NCBI GenBank assembly: GCA_020632535.1
Contig: JACKFJ010000002.1
Coordinates: 120,245-184,244 of the forward strand
DNA length: 64,000 bases
Direction: 5' to 3'
Source of the DNA: Candidatus Omnitrophota bacterium
GTDB lineage: Bacteria; Omnitrophota; Gorgyraeia; Zapsychrales; JANLHA01
Shown here: positions 37,101-52,100 of the stretch, one piece after another
Numbering within the stretch: position 1 is the first letter of the stretch
Layout: each line of letters opens with the position of its first letter
Notes under the pieces: model-generated
Told to the model about the DNA's origin: nothing
The model's input: only the letters and a program-made list of their open reading frames with translations
The model's database searches: none
Position numbers and translations under genes: made by a program

Positions 37101-40100
37101 CATAAACTTCTTTCATGGCAACACTATCCTCATATCTCATGACCCACGGCGAAGCATCCAATTTACCACCATGAATCAATTGCTTGGCTTCATTCACAAC
37201 GGCCGCGATAGCAAAACCTGCACGCGGCAAGGCATGTTCTTTAATCGGGCTAGAACTTTGATTCTGACTCATATCATCATCCTGACCCATTTGTTTTTGT
37301 ACCGCTTCAATTGTGTTATTTAACTGCCACTTTGTCTCAACTTGTTGCGGCGAAACTAATGAATAAAAACCACTCCCATTCCATCGTTTTTGCTTATATG
37401 TGCTTTGTAAAATATGATTCAATACCGGTCGCGCGTCGCGACCATTAGAACCCATAAGTCCAATCACCTTAACAAGCCGTTCTTGCGCCTGATAGGAATG
37501 TTCATTCTGTAATTCAGCAATAATAAGAGATAAAGCAATCGAGCCGTTGAGAGCAAGAGCACGGCTTAACCAAGCGCGTTCAATTTCGGAAGATTCCGCA
37601 CGAAGGAAGAATGCTAACACTGCTTTTTGTACATCCTCATTACCTGATGCTAAAACTTTAGAAACATTGCGCAAGAGATCTTCTTGCCACAAAATATCTT
37701 GTGTTTCTTTTAATGTGTTAACTGAATAATTAGTATCTTGAATCTCGCTCCTAATTGAATCTATTTCCTTCATGAATTGAATTTGTTCTCTGACTTCAAT
37801 AATTCTGCTGTAATGTTGTAAAGTTTTTAGCAAAAATTCTGTCTGGTTCTGTAGCGCAACACTCTCTAGAGATTTAGCCCCTAATATACTCGCGATAATT
37901 GCAAAAAGTTCTTGTCCCGGATGCAAGTAAGATTCACTAACACTTGTAGACGCGACAGTGTCAATACTCAGATTCTTATTTGCGGCAAAAATGCCAGTAG
38001 CGTTTGGTTTTATTTCTGGCGCAGGTTGTGGATGAGGCTGTTGATCAAACTGTGGCTTAGGCTGCTTTGGTTGTGGAACAGGTTGATTCTCCAGCTTTTC
38101 GAGTTCATTTTCAAAATGCTTAATCCAGAGAGGAAGATCTTTCTTAATTTGAGGATATTTCACGGCAAGTCCTACACTATTTAAAATAGTACCCAAAACA
38201 CGCAATGTTTCAATAACTATAATCTGGAGCCTTTGATTTTGTTCCTGAGTTTCAAATTGAAGCTGCGCGCTAAAATAATCATAAAAGAACTGCTCAAGCG
38301 CGAAAACTATGTCTGCCATCAAATGCGCGTCACTTCTCACGGCTTCACTATGAATGAAAATAACGCCACGCGGCTGACCAAGAAATCCATCTGAAACATA
38401 CAATGAATGATTCAACACCGAAGGATGCTCAAGCGGCAAATTAAATAATAGTCGCAAGTTATTGCGTATAGCAACTTGAAATCTTGAACTCAACACAATC
38501 TCACGTTCAACAGGGTTAAGATTTACAACGATAATTTGAAATAATTTGACAAGTCTTCTTGGATCAACAACAACTGTTTTATTTTCATCGATCGTGGAAT
38601 CTTTCGCGGCAAAACCAATAATAGCACCAAGAAAATCTCGTCGCGTAATCGCGCTGGAAGCGACAGGATATTGTGCAATAGCAGAATTCGCGTCAATTGT
38701 AATTTTGCTGACTTCAACCTGACCCGAGACAAATACCTGATAACGCAAAGGCTCTGTCTTTGTTGCATCGCGCCAAAAGACAAGAACCCGATCTCCGTCG
38801 ACTTGAATATTAATTTTATTGGACAAAGTAACAGCACTAGGTTCATCCCAACGATGATTTCTTAAAACCGCAGCCGGCCTAATAAGGCGCACCGTACTAT
38901 CCACTTTATTAATTTCAAATTCGGCGGACCACAATCCATCTTCTTCCCAAATACGAATATCAAACGCTCCATGCCGCAACCAATCAAATTGTGTAAACAA
39001 ACCACTTTGCTGGTCATTCTTGTATCTGGAATCGATGCTATATACTGCATTTGGAGCAATATATTTATAAACCATCCGCATCAAACCATAATTTCTTGTA
39101 TTGTGTATTTCAACCATCGAAAATGAATTTTGCCGTGCAAAATTAACTAAATATGCAAATATCGTACGACCCATGCCCTGTAAATTATAACTATAAGAAG
39201 TCGCACTAAAAGCAATATAAAGTACGTCAATTTGATCTTCTACAAGACTCAACACCAGATTGCTGTCTGTAATCACGTTCCCATTAAGCCAGAGGCCAAA
39301 ACTTACTTCCTGTGAATCATCCTTTTTATAAACAGCATCCAGATTCTGTTTAAGAGTAAATGGCTGGCCATTAACAATGTTAACCAATTTAATTTTTTGC
39401 GGTAGAATGTCTTCGTGCCAATTTCGCTGAATCGGAGATGAAGCACGAGTCTTACCTTGTTTGTCTTCAACCACCTTAATCATGATACGTTCAAAATTTG
39501 AACGAATTAATCCACGAGCCGCAATTTTATTAGCATTAATATCACCCTCGTAAGAAATATACGAAACACCGACTCTCTCAGCTAACCCCTTGAGTAACCA
39601 TTGCGCTACGACCAACCGACCCGTCGACTTCCAAGTTTCACCCCCCAATAGACGCTCAACCCGGCCTAAAATCATTTCATGAGATGGAAAAGCCGTAGCA
39701 TAATTTACTGCCTGCCCCCAGATTGAAATTCCACTGCCAAAAAGCATATAAAAATTTGTATTAGTTTCTCCCTCATGATTAAACCAGACGTCAAAGGTGC
39801 GAACGCCATAAACTCCAAATTCATTTAATTTTTCGCTTAAAAATTGACCCTCAGAAGTCTGTTCAAGATTAAGTTCAACTGAACTCATTAAAGGATTCTT
39901 TGTAATTACAAAAATATCGATATCTTCGCCATAAGGCATTTGCGTCTCAGCTGGATAACTTGACCAAAATTCAACTAAACTGCCACCAATCGTGATATTT
40001 TGAATTTCAATATCTTGGAAATGCCGCTGCAAAATAATTGGTAAATATTCTTGTAAAATGATAAGAACGTGTAGCAAATGATTTCTTTTAATCTCATGAA

Positions 40101-43100
40101 CTGACTGCCAAACATAATGACCAGTTTTTAAATGTCTTACCAAATCTTCAGAAGATAAAATTTTCTCATCTGATAATTGTGCTGTCATCAAATTTATGGC
40201 TTGATAAATATCTGGCACCATTATCATTTTTGCTTCTTCAAAAGTAATAGAAAAACCCTTACCCGCAGCCGCGCTGGAAGCGACAGGATATTGTGAAATC
40301 GCTGTCGGCACATAAATCACGATTTCCTGAACATTATCCTCCGAAAGATAAACCTGATAATTAAGGGGCTTTTTACCACGAGGATTACGCCAATCCACAA
40401 GAAGAACGTCACCCTTAATCTGAATAATAATGCGTTTTAAAAGACGATCCGCAATCGAATTTGTCTCCCAACGATTATTGGCGTAGATTGCACTCGGCCG
40501 AGCAAGCACCACCTGATTATCTTCTTTATTAATATAAAAATTACCAGACCATACTCCATGCACGTCGTCAATAATACGAACATCAAGAATTCCTTGTCGC
40601 AACCAATCCTTCTCGGCAAATAAATATTGACGAACTTGGGATTTACGCTGCCTTACATGATATTTAGCATCCGGAGCAATATGCTTATAAACCATATGCA
40701 TCAATCCATAATTTTTTGTATTGTATATCGAAAGGTGTAAAACTCCGTGCTGACGGGCAAAATCAACAAGATAGGCAAGTATGGTACGACCCATGCCTTG
40801 CAAGTTATGCTGATAGGATACTCTTCCAAGATAAATCTCCGTCACGGCAATGAGCTCTGGCTTAAGCTGTATGACCAAGAGGCTTCCCATAATCTCTTTC
40901 CCATTTACGACAATACGATAATGGACCTCCTGTAAATTTTCCCGACTAAATAAATCAAATTGCTTCAGTGTAAATAGCTTTTGATTTGCGACATTGGTCA
41001 GAACAATTTCGTGTGGCAAAATAGATTCATGCCAGCTTCTTGGAACTAGTGCGGAAGAGGCAGTTATGATTGAAGATGAGCTTCTCGCCAAGTTGGCAAT
41101 CGCAGGAAGAATAATATAATGCCCACCTTTGCCCATATCGCCTAATATCAAAGCCTTCTCTGTAAAATACCCGTCAGAATAACTTTTGACTCTGGTCGCG
41201 CCTGTAGCATTTTTTACAACACGATAAAGATGAATATCACTTTCTGATCCCACCGCATAATAAACACCCACTAATTTAAGATAGACATTTAATCCTTGTT
41301 GGCCAAATACCAAAAGATCTCTCTTTGCTACTTCCGCCTTAACCGCTTGATATCGCTGCGCATCCTGCCACTGGCCAATATTAAAGACCATCAAGTCATG
41401 CCACTTTAATTTCATGAGAAAAACGCGAGCCTGAGCGTGAGTAATATTAAATATCTCGGACAATTGTGTGATGCTATAAAATGGAATAACTTTTGCGGTT
41501 GTCTTGCCGGCTGTCTGCGCAACTTTTGAAATCCTGTTAAAATGTGCGAACGGTTCTTGAATATAAAAGCGCCCATCTCGTCTTAATTCTGTTATCTTTT
41601 TAACTAAGCGTTCACGAGAAGCAAGCGGAAGCTCAACCATCAGTTGACCCAAACGCAATTCAGTGGCAATAGCCGCTAAATATGGTTCGGCAACCTGTTC
41701 AACCATAACATGAAGATCATTGTCAAGAATTGTGCGCATCCATTCACGAAATTCATAAAATTCTTGAACTAAAACCGCAAATTCTTCAATTTGATTCGCC
41801 GCGAGCAATTCGAGCACCTGCTTGCCATAAATAATTCTTTGCTCAAGATCAATTAATTTGTCTTCAACATAAGCCAACAAATGCTGCACTTGTTGCTGCG
41901 TCATAGCATCGGTCAACGCGCTGGAAGCAGTCTTTCTTCCCATCAAACTATGTAATTCGCGAGGAAGCAATTTACCAAACGCGGCATCTCCGGGAAGAAC
42001 AATTTTCACACTCGGCAAGAAAGGTTGTTGTCTACCTTGAAAGATTGCGGTAATCTTTAAAATTTCTTCAACCGTTGGCGTTTGAATAACTTCAATCTTG
42101 TAACTTTCGCCTATATCATTACGAAACTCAAATGGCATGAAGCCTCTTCTAAACGGCATACGGCTTTCAACATACTTTTGCAATGGTAAATACTGAGGCG
42201 CTGTTACTTCACCGCGTCCGCCACTATTTTCCACATTGACAGCTTCGCGAATCGCCTGAACAAAAATCTGCAAAGCCTGTTGATCAGCATACAATTGACG
42301 CGTGACATTATCTTCTAATTCAATTTCAATCGAAGCAAATATGCCAACAATGTCCCTTTCACTAAGTCCGCTTATAACAGCGCCATATGTTAATGCATAA
42401 GCAATTTCCATTTGTGTTGCAACAAACAAATAATTTGATTGTTCCGATGCTTTAGGATCAAAATCAATCACATGCTTGCCATCAAACAAGCCAGCAAAGC
42501 GAGCATTAGTGTGCCCCATAAAATTATTCAAATCTCTAACCGGACTATAATCATCGGTCAAATCTGATAATTTTGCCTGAAAGACACGATTATCCCATCC
42601 GCTATTCGCATGCATCAAAAGCGTAATTGCAGAATGAATTTTATTTTGTGCCAAAAGGCCGTAGTACTGAGTCTGTATGAGAAGCAATGCCGACTTATAT
42701 TTGCGAACCATTTCATCTTGGCTCATCATTCCCTGCAAATTATCAGTCAGATAAGCGAAGACTTCGATATCTGTTTCATATCTGACCTCGCCGGTCTGTT
42801 CATTAGCCTGCACATTGGTTATGCGCCCAAAAGAATACTTTGCAATGGCTTTGATTCCTGAATATTCGGCATCAAATCCGTCACGGCCCGTAATTCCCCT
42901 GCTAGATCGATCAAAATATTTACTAATAACAAATCGTGGACGATACGTCGCATCCGCATTGGTTGGCTTAGGTAATAAATGAACAAACTTATACGTTCCA
43001 AATTGAAAATCCATAGATTGTAGGAACAAATCAATTCCATTTTGTAACGACGATTCAGTAAAGAATTGATTCACGAAAGCGTCAATCAATCTTTTCGCGT

Positions 43101-46100
43101 TTACTTCCGATTGATGCGCTCCAACATATGCCGCCAAACGTATCGCCATATTAAAGGCCATCCCTTGACCACGTAACCGTTGTCTCACATCAATAAGCCA
43201 TATATAAGGCATTGCTAAATTACGCGCTTTTTGAGCATATGCCGGATTTTCCATATTAGACAAAAGCAAATTTAAGGCCTTTTCCAAAACAACATGTGAA
43301 CCAAGTTCAACAGAATTCAAAGGCGATATTTGTGTTATCCTAAAATTGCTCAAATTAATATATTCTGGTCGTGTCTCGGCAATCATTCTCCGCACACCTA
43401 ATTCTGAATTGTCTAAAACCATAATCTTAGAAACTAAGTCAAGAATTTCATCAGAAACATCGTAATTATTGCGCTTCTTAATCCTTTGCAAAACAAGTTT
43501 AACAATAAAGCGTGGATCTTTTTTGTTTAAGATATATGTTAAAAGTCCTATGACTAAACTTTCGGCGTCTGCTTGATAATTCACAAGAGCACTTTCTAAA
43601 GAAAGGTATTCATAAGGGTTGCTTACGTTGTAGGGTATCCCGTGTATCTTGTCCGCCGGTTTATAATGTTGCTGTGTGTACATATATTCTTCCCACAAAT
43701 CTTTGATTTCAGAATCATTAGCTTTTAATCGCATTAAAGCAATCTTTGCGTGACCGACAACATAATTGTAACTAGCAAGAAGAATGCCTAATTTAGGACC
43801 AAATCTTCCTTCGTGAAGCATATAAATAATCGTCAGCGCGACATTGATGCCCACAAGCAAAGCCCCCAAAACAACCACATATGCTGCTCCATTACTAATA
43901 CTAATAAGCAAAATAGGTAGGACAATAAAAACAGATGCACTATATGCAACTCGCACCCAAGAAAACACCGATGTCAATGTTGCTGAAAAGACCGCTTTGC
44001 TTCTTAATGTGTTTTGAATCACTCCTTGACCAAATTGATCGCGGTAAATTCGCTTGATTGAATTAATATCAATTTTAATTATTTTTCCCTCATCTGTCTG
44101 AATCATAACCCCGCTGGAGGCGGATGAATTTTCTTTATTTTGTAAATCAAGCGCGTCTTGAACACGCCAAAGGGCTGCGCTCAACCGGAGATTAAACCAC
44201 TTTCTTTGTAATAAAGTTTGCTCTGGATTTTCTTGAGCATATTGCTTAATTAATTCTGCGGATTGATGCTTAATGGCAAAACCATTTTCTTCAATAACTT
44301 TTGCTATTAAAATCGCCGCGGCATAGCTAATCTTTGAATAATTACGATGCGCGACAAAACTATCATTACTAAGAACCAAGCCGCGAACGGCAACGTCAAT
44401 AATACTTTGATAATATTCCGGTGAACCGACTTTTATACCCAAGATTTGCCATGCACGCTCAATCGAATTCTCTTGCGTCGCGAATATTAATGCATTCTCA
44501 ACCGCGAGCATAATTAATGCTTGCTTTATACTTCTTGTCTGTTGCAACTGATCTCTAGAGATGCTGGTTTCTGGTCGATAATTTAGATTAATTATTTTAT
44601 AGTCAATTTCGCCTACAATATCTAAATTGACTGCAAAGCGAGTATCTTCCGAGTGAATAAAAACAATAACATCGATATCATGCGGTGTCGTTCCTGCCGC
44701 CACAGAACCCAAGGCACTGCCAAACAAATATGCCGATTCAATGCCTTTTAAGCGATACCCTTTTGCTTTTGAGGTGATATTTGTATTAATGATGCCTGCC
44801 AGATCAGCCAAAGATATGCGGCGACCAGAAGGTGTATTGATTTCCTCAATGTGTTTAAGCGCGCTAGAAGCAAATGACGAATCAAGAACTTTAAGTTGTT
44901 GATAGAGTGATTCTTCAGCTGCCTCAAAAACTTCCCTTGCCGAAAGATATCCATAAACTTCCACCACAAAAGTCGGATCGATACGCTTAACAGTTCTAAC
45001 AGCCTCGACAACCGACATGTTCTCAACCGCTGAAATTTTTTCCCATGTTCGGTTAACAGAGTAGAAAAGCGCCCAGAGAAAATATATTTTCACACCTTGG
45101 TTTTCTTTAGATAAAACATTAACAAAGCTTAAATCATACGGAATAATCTTTGTTTCGAGATAGTCATGGATCACTCCACCGACTTGACGTCCACCTTCGA
45201 TTTCTCTTCCAAAAATATGACGACTTACAAAAGCAGTATCTCTTGATAAAACATTGCTGATCATATTATGGATGACGTCGCTAACCTTAACCACGACTCC
45301 CGTTTGTCCAAGCTCAATTAAACCAGCTTTATACGCCAACAAATTGCTTTGGCGGCTTGCTTCAGCCAGTGTAGATAATCGCGTCTTGATAGCACGCGGG
45401 AATACTGGCAAATTAAAATCATTTTCAACACGAACCCAGAATAAATCACGATCTTTAATTCTTGTCAGAACTTGGACATACTGCATAACCAAATCGATAT
45501 CCAAAGGCATACCAATGCTACTTCTTAAATCCACCAATTGACGACGCAACTCTGCCGTAACAGCACGACGCATGCGTTTTGTAATGTGCAACTTAGAAGA
45601 ATAGTCAAGGCGCAGTTGATGCATATCTTGATAAGCCAAAAATCCAGATTTTAAATATAAAAAGTATAAAATCGAATCTTCTCGAACATCATGCAAGAAT
45701 GCAGCTGCAATAATTTCAGGATTCTTAATACCAAACCAATTACCAACAATCAAAACAACCCCAAGAATATGTACCAAATAATCGGACTTCACTTCATCCT
45801 TGCGAATTTGACCAATATGATGAATTCGAGCAATATTAAATAAACCCTGTATAAATTTAACTTGCTGATTTGAATCTAAGCCAATCAAAGAACCTTGTAA
45901 CCCAAATAAATCATACGGACCAACCGGGAATTCACCTTCCACATTGGCCATCAATTCTTGAATTTGTTCCTCAAATGTCATACCGGCAGATAATGCAAAT
46001 TCTTTATTTTGTCGTTCAGCGATATGGACAAATGAATCTAAAGCGGATCGTTTTTCTTGCATAATTGAGTAGATTTTATATAAAACCGCACCCGCAATTA

Positions 46101-49100
46101 CGAACAAGAAAATACCAATGTCAATCAGCCCAGCATATGTTAATAATCCAACAGCTACCAAACCCAAAAGCTGCGCAACACGAACAACTCGCGGCATAAG
46201 CACAAACACAAGCATTGAGCCGGCAACAAAACGCTTACCAAGTGATACCTTTTGATCACTAAAGACACTGTATAACGCTTTTACTTTCCACGAGCGACTG
46301 TCATCTTTGATGGACGAGGAAGCAGACAAAACCTGTGTTTGATTTACCAACATCGTTTCTTTAACAATTGCAGAAGAGCTTTCATCTTCACCTGCGTCAA
46401 CTACTGTTTCGATTGGTTGCATCGTTTTCTGAAGTACTTCCCAGAAATGTTGAATTTCTTTTATCATCGTGATACTGTTTCCCTCCATAGCACGTCTCAT
46501 CCCTATGGCGGCTAACATAAGCTCTGTTTGCTCTTCGGATGTAGCGGGAATCGTGTAATAAATCAAGCGCTTCATGTTGCCCTGATCATCCCATGTGAAT
46601 ATCCCCTCAAGATCTTGGAAAACATTTTGATGCCAAAGTTTCCATTTTGCAAAATGCTGATGAGCTAGAAGCTGTGAAAAAACATCTTTCCAACTCGGCC
46701 ATCGATAAGGGTCAAGCGGATTTTGATCAATACCTAATTTAACTGCAAAATCTTGAGTAGCTGCTAACTTCAAAATCTTTTCCAAATCACTTTCTTCTTC
46801 CTTCTTGTTTTTAATTTTATGAACATGGACCATCCCAATACGATTATCTTCAAAAGAAGTTCCATCTTTATTAACACCGCGAACAATATATTGGTTGCGC
46901 TGCAACACTTCGCGATACACATCAGCGGAAACTATGGTTTGCCCCGGCAAAAAGAGCGCGCTAATTTCAAGAGGTAAGGCTTTATAAGACATGTTTACTT
47001 CCACACCTTTTTCATCAACAATAAAATCGTCTCCTGTGCTAAAGAGACCGCCAACATCGCCAGAATTCTTTACCAAATCCCGGATAATTTCTTCCGTAAT
47101 CACTTCTTGTCCAGCGGTGAAATTTGCAACAATCTTTTGACGATCGCGCAAATAAGGAATAATGCCAAACAATCCCAGACCATGCCATGAGGAGATATCA
47201 TTAATCGGCACACTGTAAGTGCGATAAGAGATAATATTGTCCCCTTCAGGTAATTCGCGTAATTTGAATGTGATATAAATCGCCCCATTATCATAAAATC
47301 TTAAGGTTGCCTCAGCTAATCCACTGAAAACACCGGGGAAGCTTCTGCTGTCTGCCGCATTAAATCCTATCCAGTGCTTTGGAATTGCGATTCGATCAAA
47401 TGACGCGTTTTCCGACTGTGGTTGGCTGGCATACATTATTGCTAACGGTTCCAAGATCGTTCTTTCTTCCTGCTGCATCACTCCAGCATAAAGAACTGGA
47501 TTAATATCATCTTCATCCCACTGCGCGTTTTCTTTAAGAGCTTTGATTTCTAAATATCTCTTATGGATATCTTCAGCTTTTTTATAGTTCTCATTGGCAC
47601 TGCCACGACTGTCGAGTTTATTGTGACTTTCCCAAATAGCGGAAGCAATGCGCAATAGCAACATGTTGTGATTACTCCCATAGTATTCATCCCATTCTTC
47701 AACGTCGTGATATGTGATTTGTCCAAATCGATTCATATGTCTTAGAAGCCAAGTAAAAACATCACCGATTTGTTCTGTTTCATAAATTTCAACAAGATTT
47801 GTGCTTTCAATCGGCGTTGGCTTAACGGATTCTTCGAGGGAACTCGAGGCAGTAGAATTCTTCTTTGCCGCAGCTTGAGCGGCATTATAAACACGATCGT
47901 ACGCAGTAATCTTCTCATCACTCCAGCCGCCTGGAAATTCCATGGCTTTTCGAACTTCAGAAATCCACCATTCTGTGTCATTAAGATAACGGTCGAATGC
48001 TAAAGCAAAAGCTCCTGCTAATTCACGAGCGGTATTCTGCATACTTTCTTTAGAGTTATAATTAAATGGTGAAACTCCAAATTCTTCCGGTGTTCCCCCT
48101 AATTTCACAAAGTCATATAAGCCACCCGTCTTGGTTAAAATTGTGACCAATCCAATAAGTGCGGCTTGAATATTAGAAATTCCACCCGGCTCCCATGCTG
48201 ACGGCATAAAGAACACATCCATACCAGAGCGAATTTGATTAGCCAAAGCTTTGTCAAAAAGTTCAACAAGCATCACTTGGCCGAAGTATTTCTCACTTCT
48301 TGCCAATTGACGCAATTGTTTAGCAGTATTCTCGCCATCCGTGTCACCCGGAGACGCCATGAAAACCAAACGAATCTTTTCGCCATTTTCGCCACGCATA
48401 GCCAAAATACTTTCGATCAATGTCGTACCTTGTCCATCAACAGTTTCAAAAAGAATCGAGTATCCTTTTTGCATAACTAATCGAGAAACCGCGACAACGA
48501 ACATATCTTTTTCCATACCTTCTTGATTCAATGAACCAAAGATTTTTTCTTTATTCTTAGGATCATGACTTAAAGCTTCGAGCAACGCTAAAGTCGCGCG
48601 GAGATTTTGAAATCTCTTTTCAACCAAATCCGCATCTTGAGAGGTAAATCGCGTGAAGCTCAAATCCCCAACAGTCACATCTAAATCCTGCATATAGTCT
48701 GGTCTGTTCGTGTCTAAGTTAATACCATTTGGTACATACGTTAACGCGCCCTGTTTAAATCGATCAGCCATCAAGCCATGTAAACCAACACCTAAGTTTT
48801 CTGTCATAACTTCATGCATATAACCTTCGCTTACCGAAACAATCTGCTTCGCAAATCCTAAACCACCCTTAAGTAAATTATGACGTCCCCAGAATTCTAA
48901 ACCTTCATGACTCTTTAATAATGCAGAAGGAATATTGCTTAACGTCTGTCCACGTCTATTTTCAGTAACGAGATCGACATAAGCCAAATTGTTGCGATAA
49001 CGAATCTGATCAACCGTCAATATTCCAAAATTTAATAAACGAACCAACAACGGATCATTCGTTGTCACTGATTCTTGATTAGCAAATACACCTTGATACG

Positions 49101-52100
49101 ATAAATTGTGAGTAATGATAACGGTACCGGTCTCACCTAAGAACAAATTAAATTGTCCATCATGGCGATAAAGTTTTTCCATATAAACAGGTCCAAAACC
49201 GGTTTGCCAATCATTAAAGTGCAAGATGTCAACCTTAATCCCTAAAGCAACCGCAATATAAAATGGTGCCTTTGCTAATAAAATGGCTTCAATATATCCA
49301 TAAAGACTGTCGGTATATCGGCTACGAACAACTTGCGAGTACCGATTCGCATCAAGATCTTTTTCCGCCGGATACAATGATGGTTGAAGCAATGTCTGTA
49401 AAATCTTATCGGTCGGATAAAAGCGTAAATATCGAACACCGTTGACATCATTTTGTGTCACATTCATTGTCAACTGACCACTTCCCATCGGAACGGTAAT
49501 CGACGTTAGGACAATCCCTTGTGGCATCACAGGTTTTACGACCGGTGAATATTCAGCCTGATAACCCGGATTAATGACAAAGACCATATATCCAGCTTTT
49601 TCGAGAGCTTCAGCATATTCACGAATATAATCACCTTGACCACCCTTCATCGAAACACCCTCAGCAGCGACTAAAAACACAACTTTCTTACCGGCCGCCC
49701 GAACAGCGACAACCTGATTTTGTATATCCTCAATCAAAATCTTTGACTGTTCATCATGGCCTAATTGACGAACATAAACATGACCATTACCATATGGCAG
49801 TTCTGCCCAAACTTGACGATTTCCAAATCCTTCAAAAGCCACTGTAAATTCAAAATCATCACGAGCTTCAACACGAATCGCATAAACCGCGCGACCATTT
49901 TCAGTGTTTCTAACCCAGTTCATCGGTTCATCTCGCCATTGACCTGTACGATTCGAACGCAAAATCACATGACGTTGTTCACCCATACCACGCGCGGCTT
50001 TATCATCAGTCGCGTAAGCGACTCCCTCAATATTAACCTGTTGACCTGCAGCAACGTGATGAACGCGTTCGGCCAAAAACCCACCATTTTGAACCATTTT
50101 CTTGAAATTAAATTCCGAATAAGATTCTTCCTGAATGCGGATATTAGCCAAAGCCCAATCTTGAGCATGCTGACCCGTCGAACTCATACTTTCAACATGT
50201 CTAATATTTACAGTGCTATCAAAAATATTTTTGGATAAATTAAATCGATGATCCCATTCATCCACAGCGCACATACCGGCAACACTAACACTATTATTCA
50301 AAACAAATTGTTTAATCGCTTCTAAATCCCAATCTTGAACTTTCTGCGCGACTGGTTTATGCACAAATCGACTTTGATAATGAATTGTTTGAACGCGAAC
50401 ATTTAAGTCATTTAAAACATCCATCATTTCATTTAATATTTCAGCAAATGTCCGCACCTGCATCGCGTTGCGATAAACGTAGGCACCCACCAACGTACCG
50501 TCAGCCATAAACCCGCGCAACGCGAGAAATTCACTATCATTGTTATTTGCACTCATTCGTAACATATATACGTCCGCCTGAGTTTGTTCTACCATAACGA
50601 TCACCCATCCCGCTTTAATGACAAAACTATTAGCTGGATATTGAGCTTGCATGGAGTAGTTGTTATCCCAAACATATTGTTTTGTGAAAGCATCCTTGTA
50701 ATAATCCGGACGGGCAGATTGAACTGCAGGGATATACGTATACTTCTCTTCTGAATCAATTACACGATAAGAAGCGATTTGACCAATTTCGAGTTCATCT
50801 AAAGCCGTCATGGTTTCAAACCATTGATTGACCTGAAGAACATAGTTTAAGGATGCGTTCGGAAGACGGCTGACAAGACGGCTATGAACAGCGGCGCTTT
50901 GTCCAACATGAAGAAGATGATCGATTTCGTCGGTAATAATTAATTTGAGGGATTCATAAAGGTGCGGTAAATATGCTGCGCTTTCTTGTTCTTCAATGAA
51001 TTCTGGTGGCGCGCGTAAAGCACGATACGAAAGGTAAATCTCGCCATGACGAACATAAGCGATTTCGCCAGCGTCACCGTGTAAAATCAACTTGATAATT
51101 TTGTGAGTCGATTCGCCAAACCAGACCAATTTATCATTTTGTGTTTGCTGAACAAAAGCATAATTGATAGCATCCGCAAATTCTTTCGCAGGAAAATCTT
51201 TCAAATCAGCCGGCAACTTACCCAACTTACTCATGGTCACTTTACCAGTGCTCGGATAAATGCGAACCTTAACATTTAGTTCAACACGCGGCAATCCACG
51301 AAGCGCGGCAACATAAAGCGGGAAGCCATCTTGATTAATCGCGCTGGAGGCGGCATTGCTATGACCAGAACCAACAGACTTAATTTGTGTAGCGTAATTA
51401 TCTAATTGCTTACGGAAAGAATCCACATCCATCGCATTAACGCCGATCGCAGCAATGACATTTGCAGAATGTTGTAGAACTTCTTTAACCGTTCCTTCAA
51501 AAATACCGCCGGCAACAATAATCGGCAATTGGGCATTAGCTTGTCTGACCGCTGTGAGGAAGTTTTCTGCAGCATCCGCAGAACTTTTCTTTAATTGACC
51601 AAACGGCTTAAATAACACGACATCGACGTCTTTGGCCACAGTATTGGCAACTTCACTTTGAACCATTGTCATATCAAGCGGCAAGTTCAACGTCAATTCA
51701 GAGATAATCACGACATTCGCATTATTGCGGCGAATATTAGCAACGATTTCTTTAGTCCAGTTAGAACCGATAAGAATGTTAGCACCTTTGCGATTAGCTT
51801 CTAAGGCGCTGACTTCATCATTGACGAAGAACGCGACGATTGCCGTTGCATAATTTACATCTTGACGTAATGATTCCAAAACATCCATACGATCTAACGA
51901 AGGAATAATTTGACGATCAAGAAGTTCTTTTGCAAAATTCACAAGAAGCGTGGAATCAAGTGCCGCATAACCTTTACCGCCGGTAGTTGTGTGTAACCCA
52001 GCTTCAGCGCGGAAAGATTGTAATACTTCAATCACCTGTTGACGATTATAAACACTAGAAGATACACGATTCTTGACTTGCTCGACACGCTGATCATTTT

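Noticed and set aside
29656-41928. Considered whether the internal direct repeats could be a CRISPR array or an IS element
   Set aside because: The repeats are long (693 bp; ~780 bp), in-frame, and divergent at the amino-acid-conserving level. There are no short regular repeat-spacer units, no cas genes, and no transposase-like ORF.
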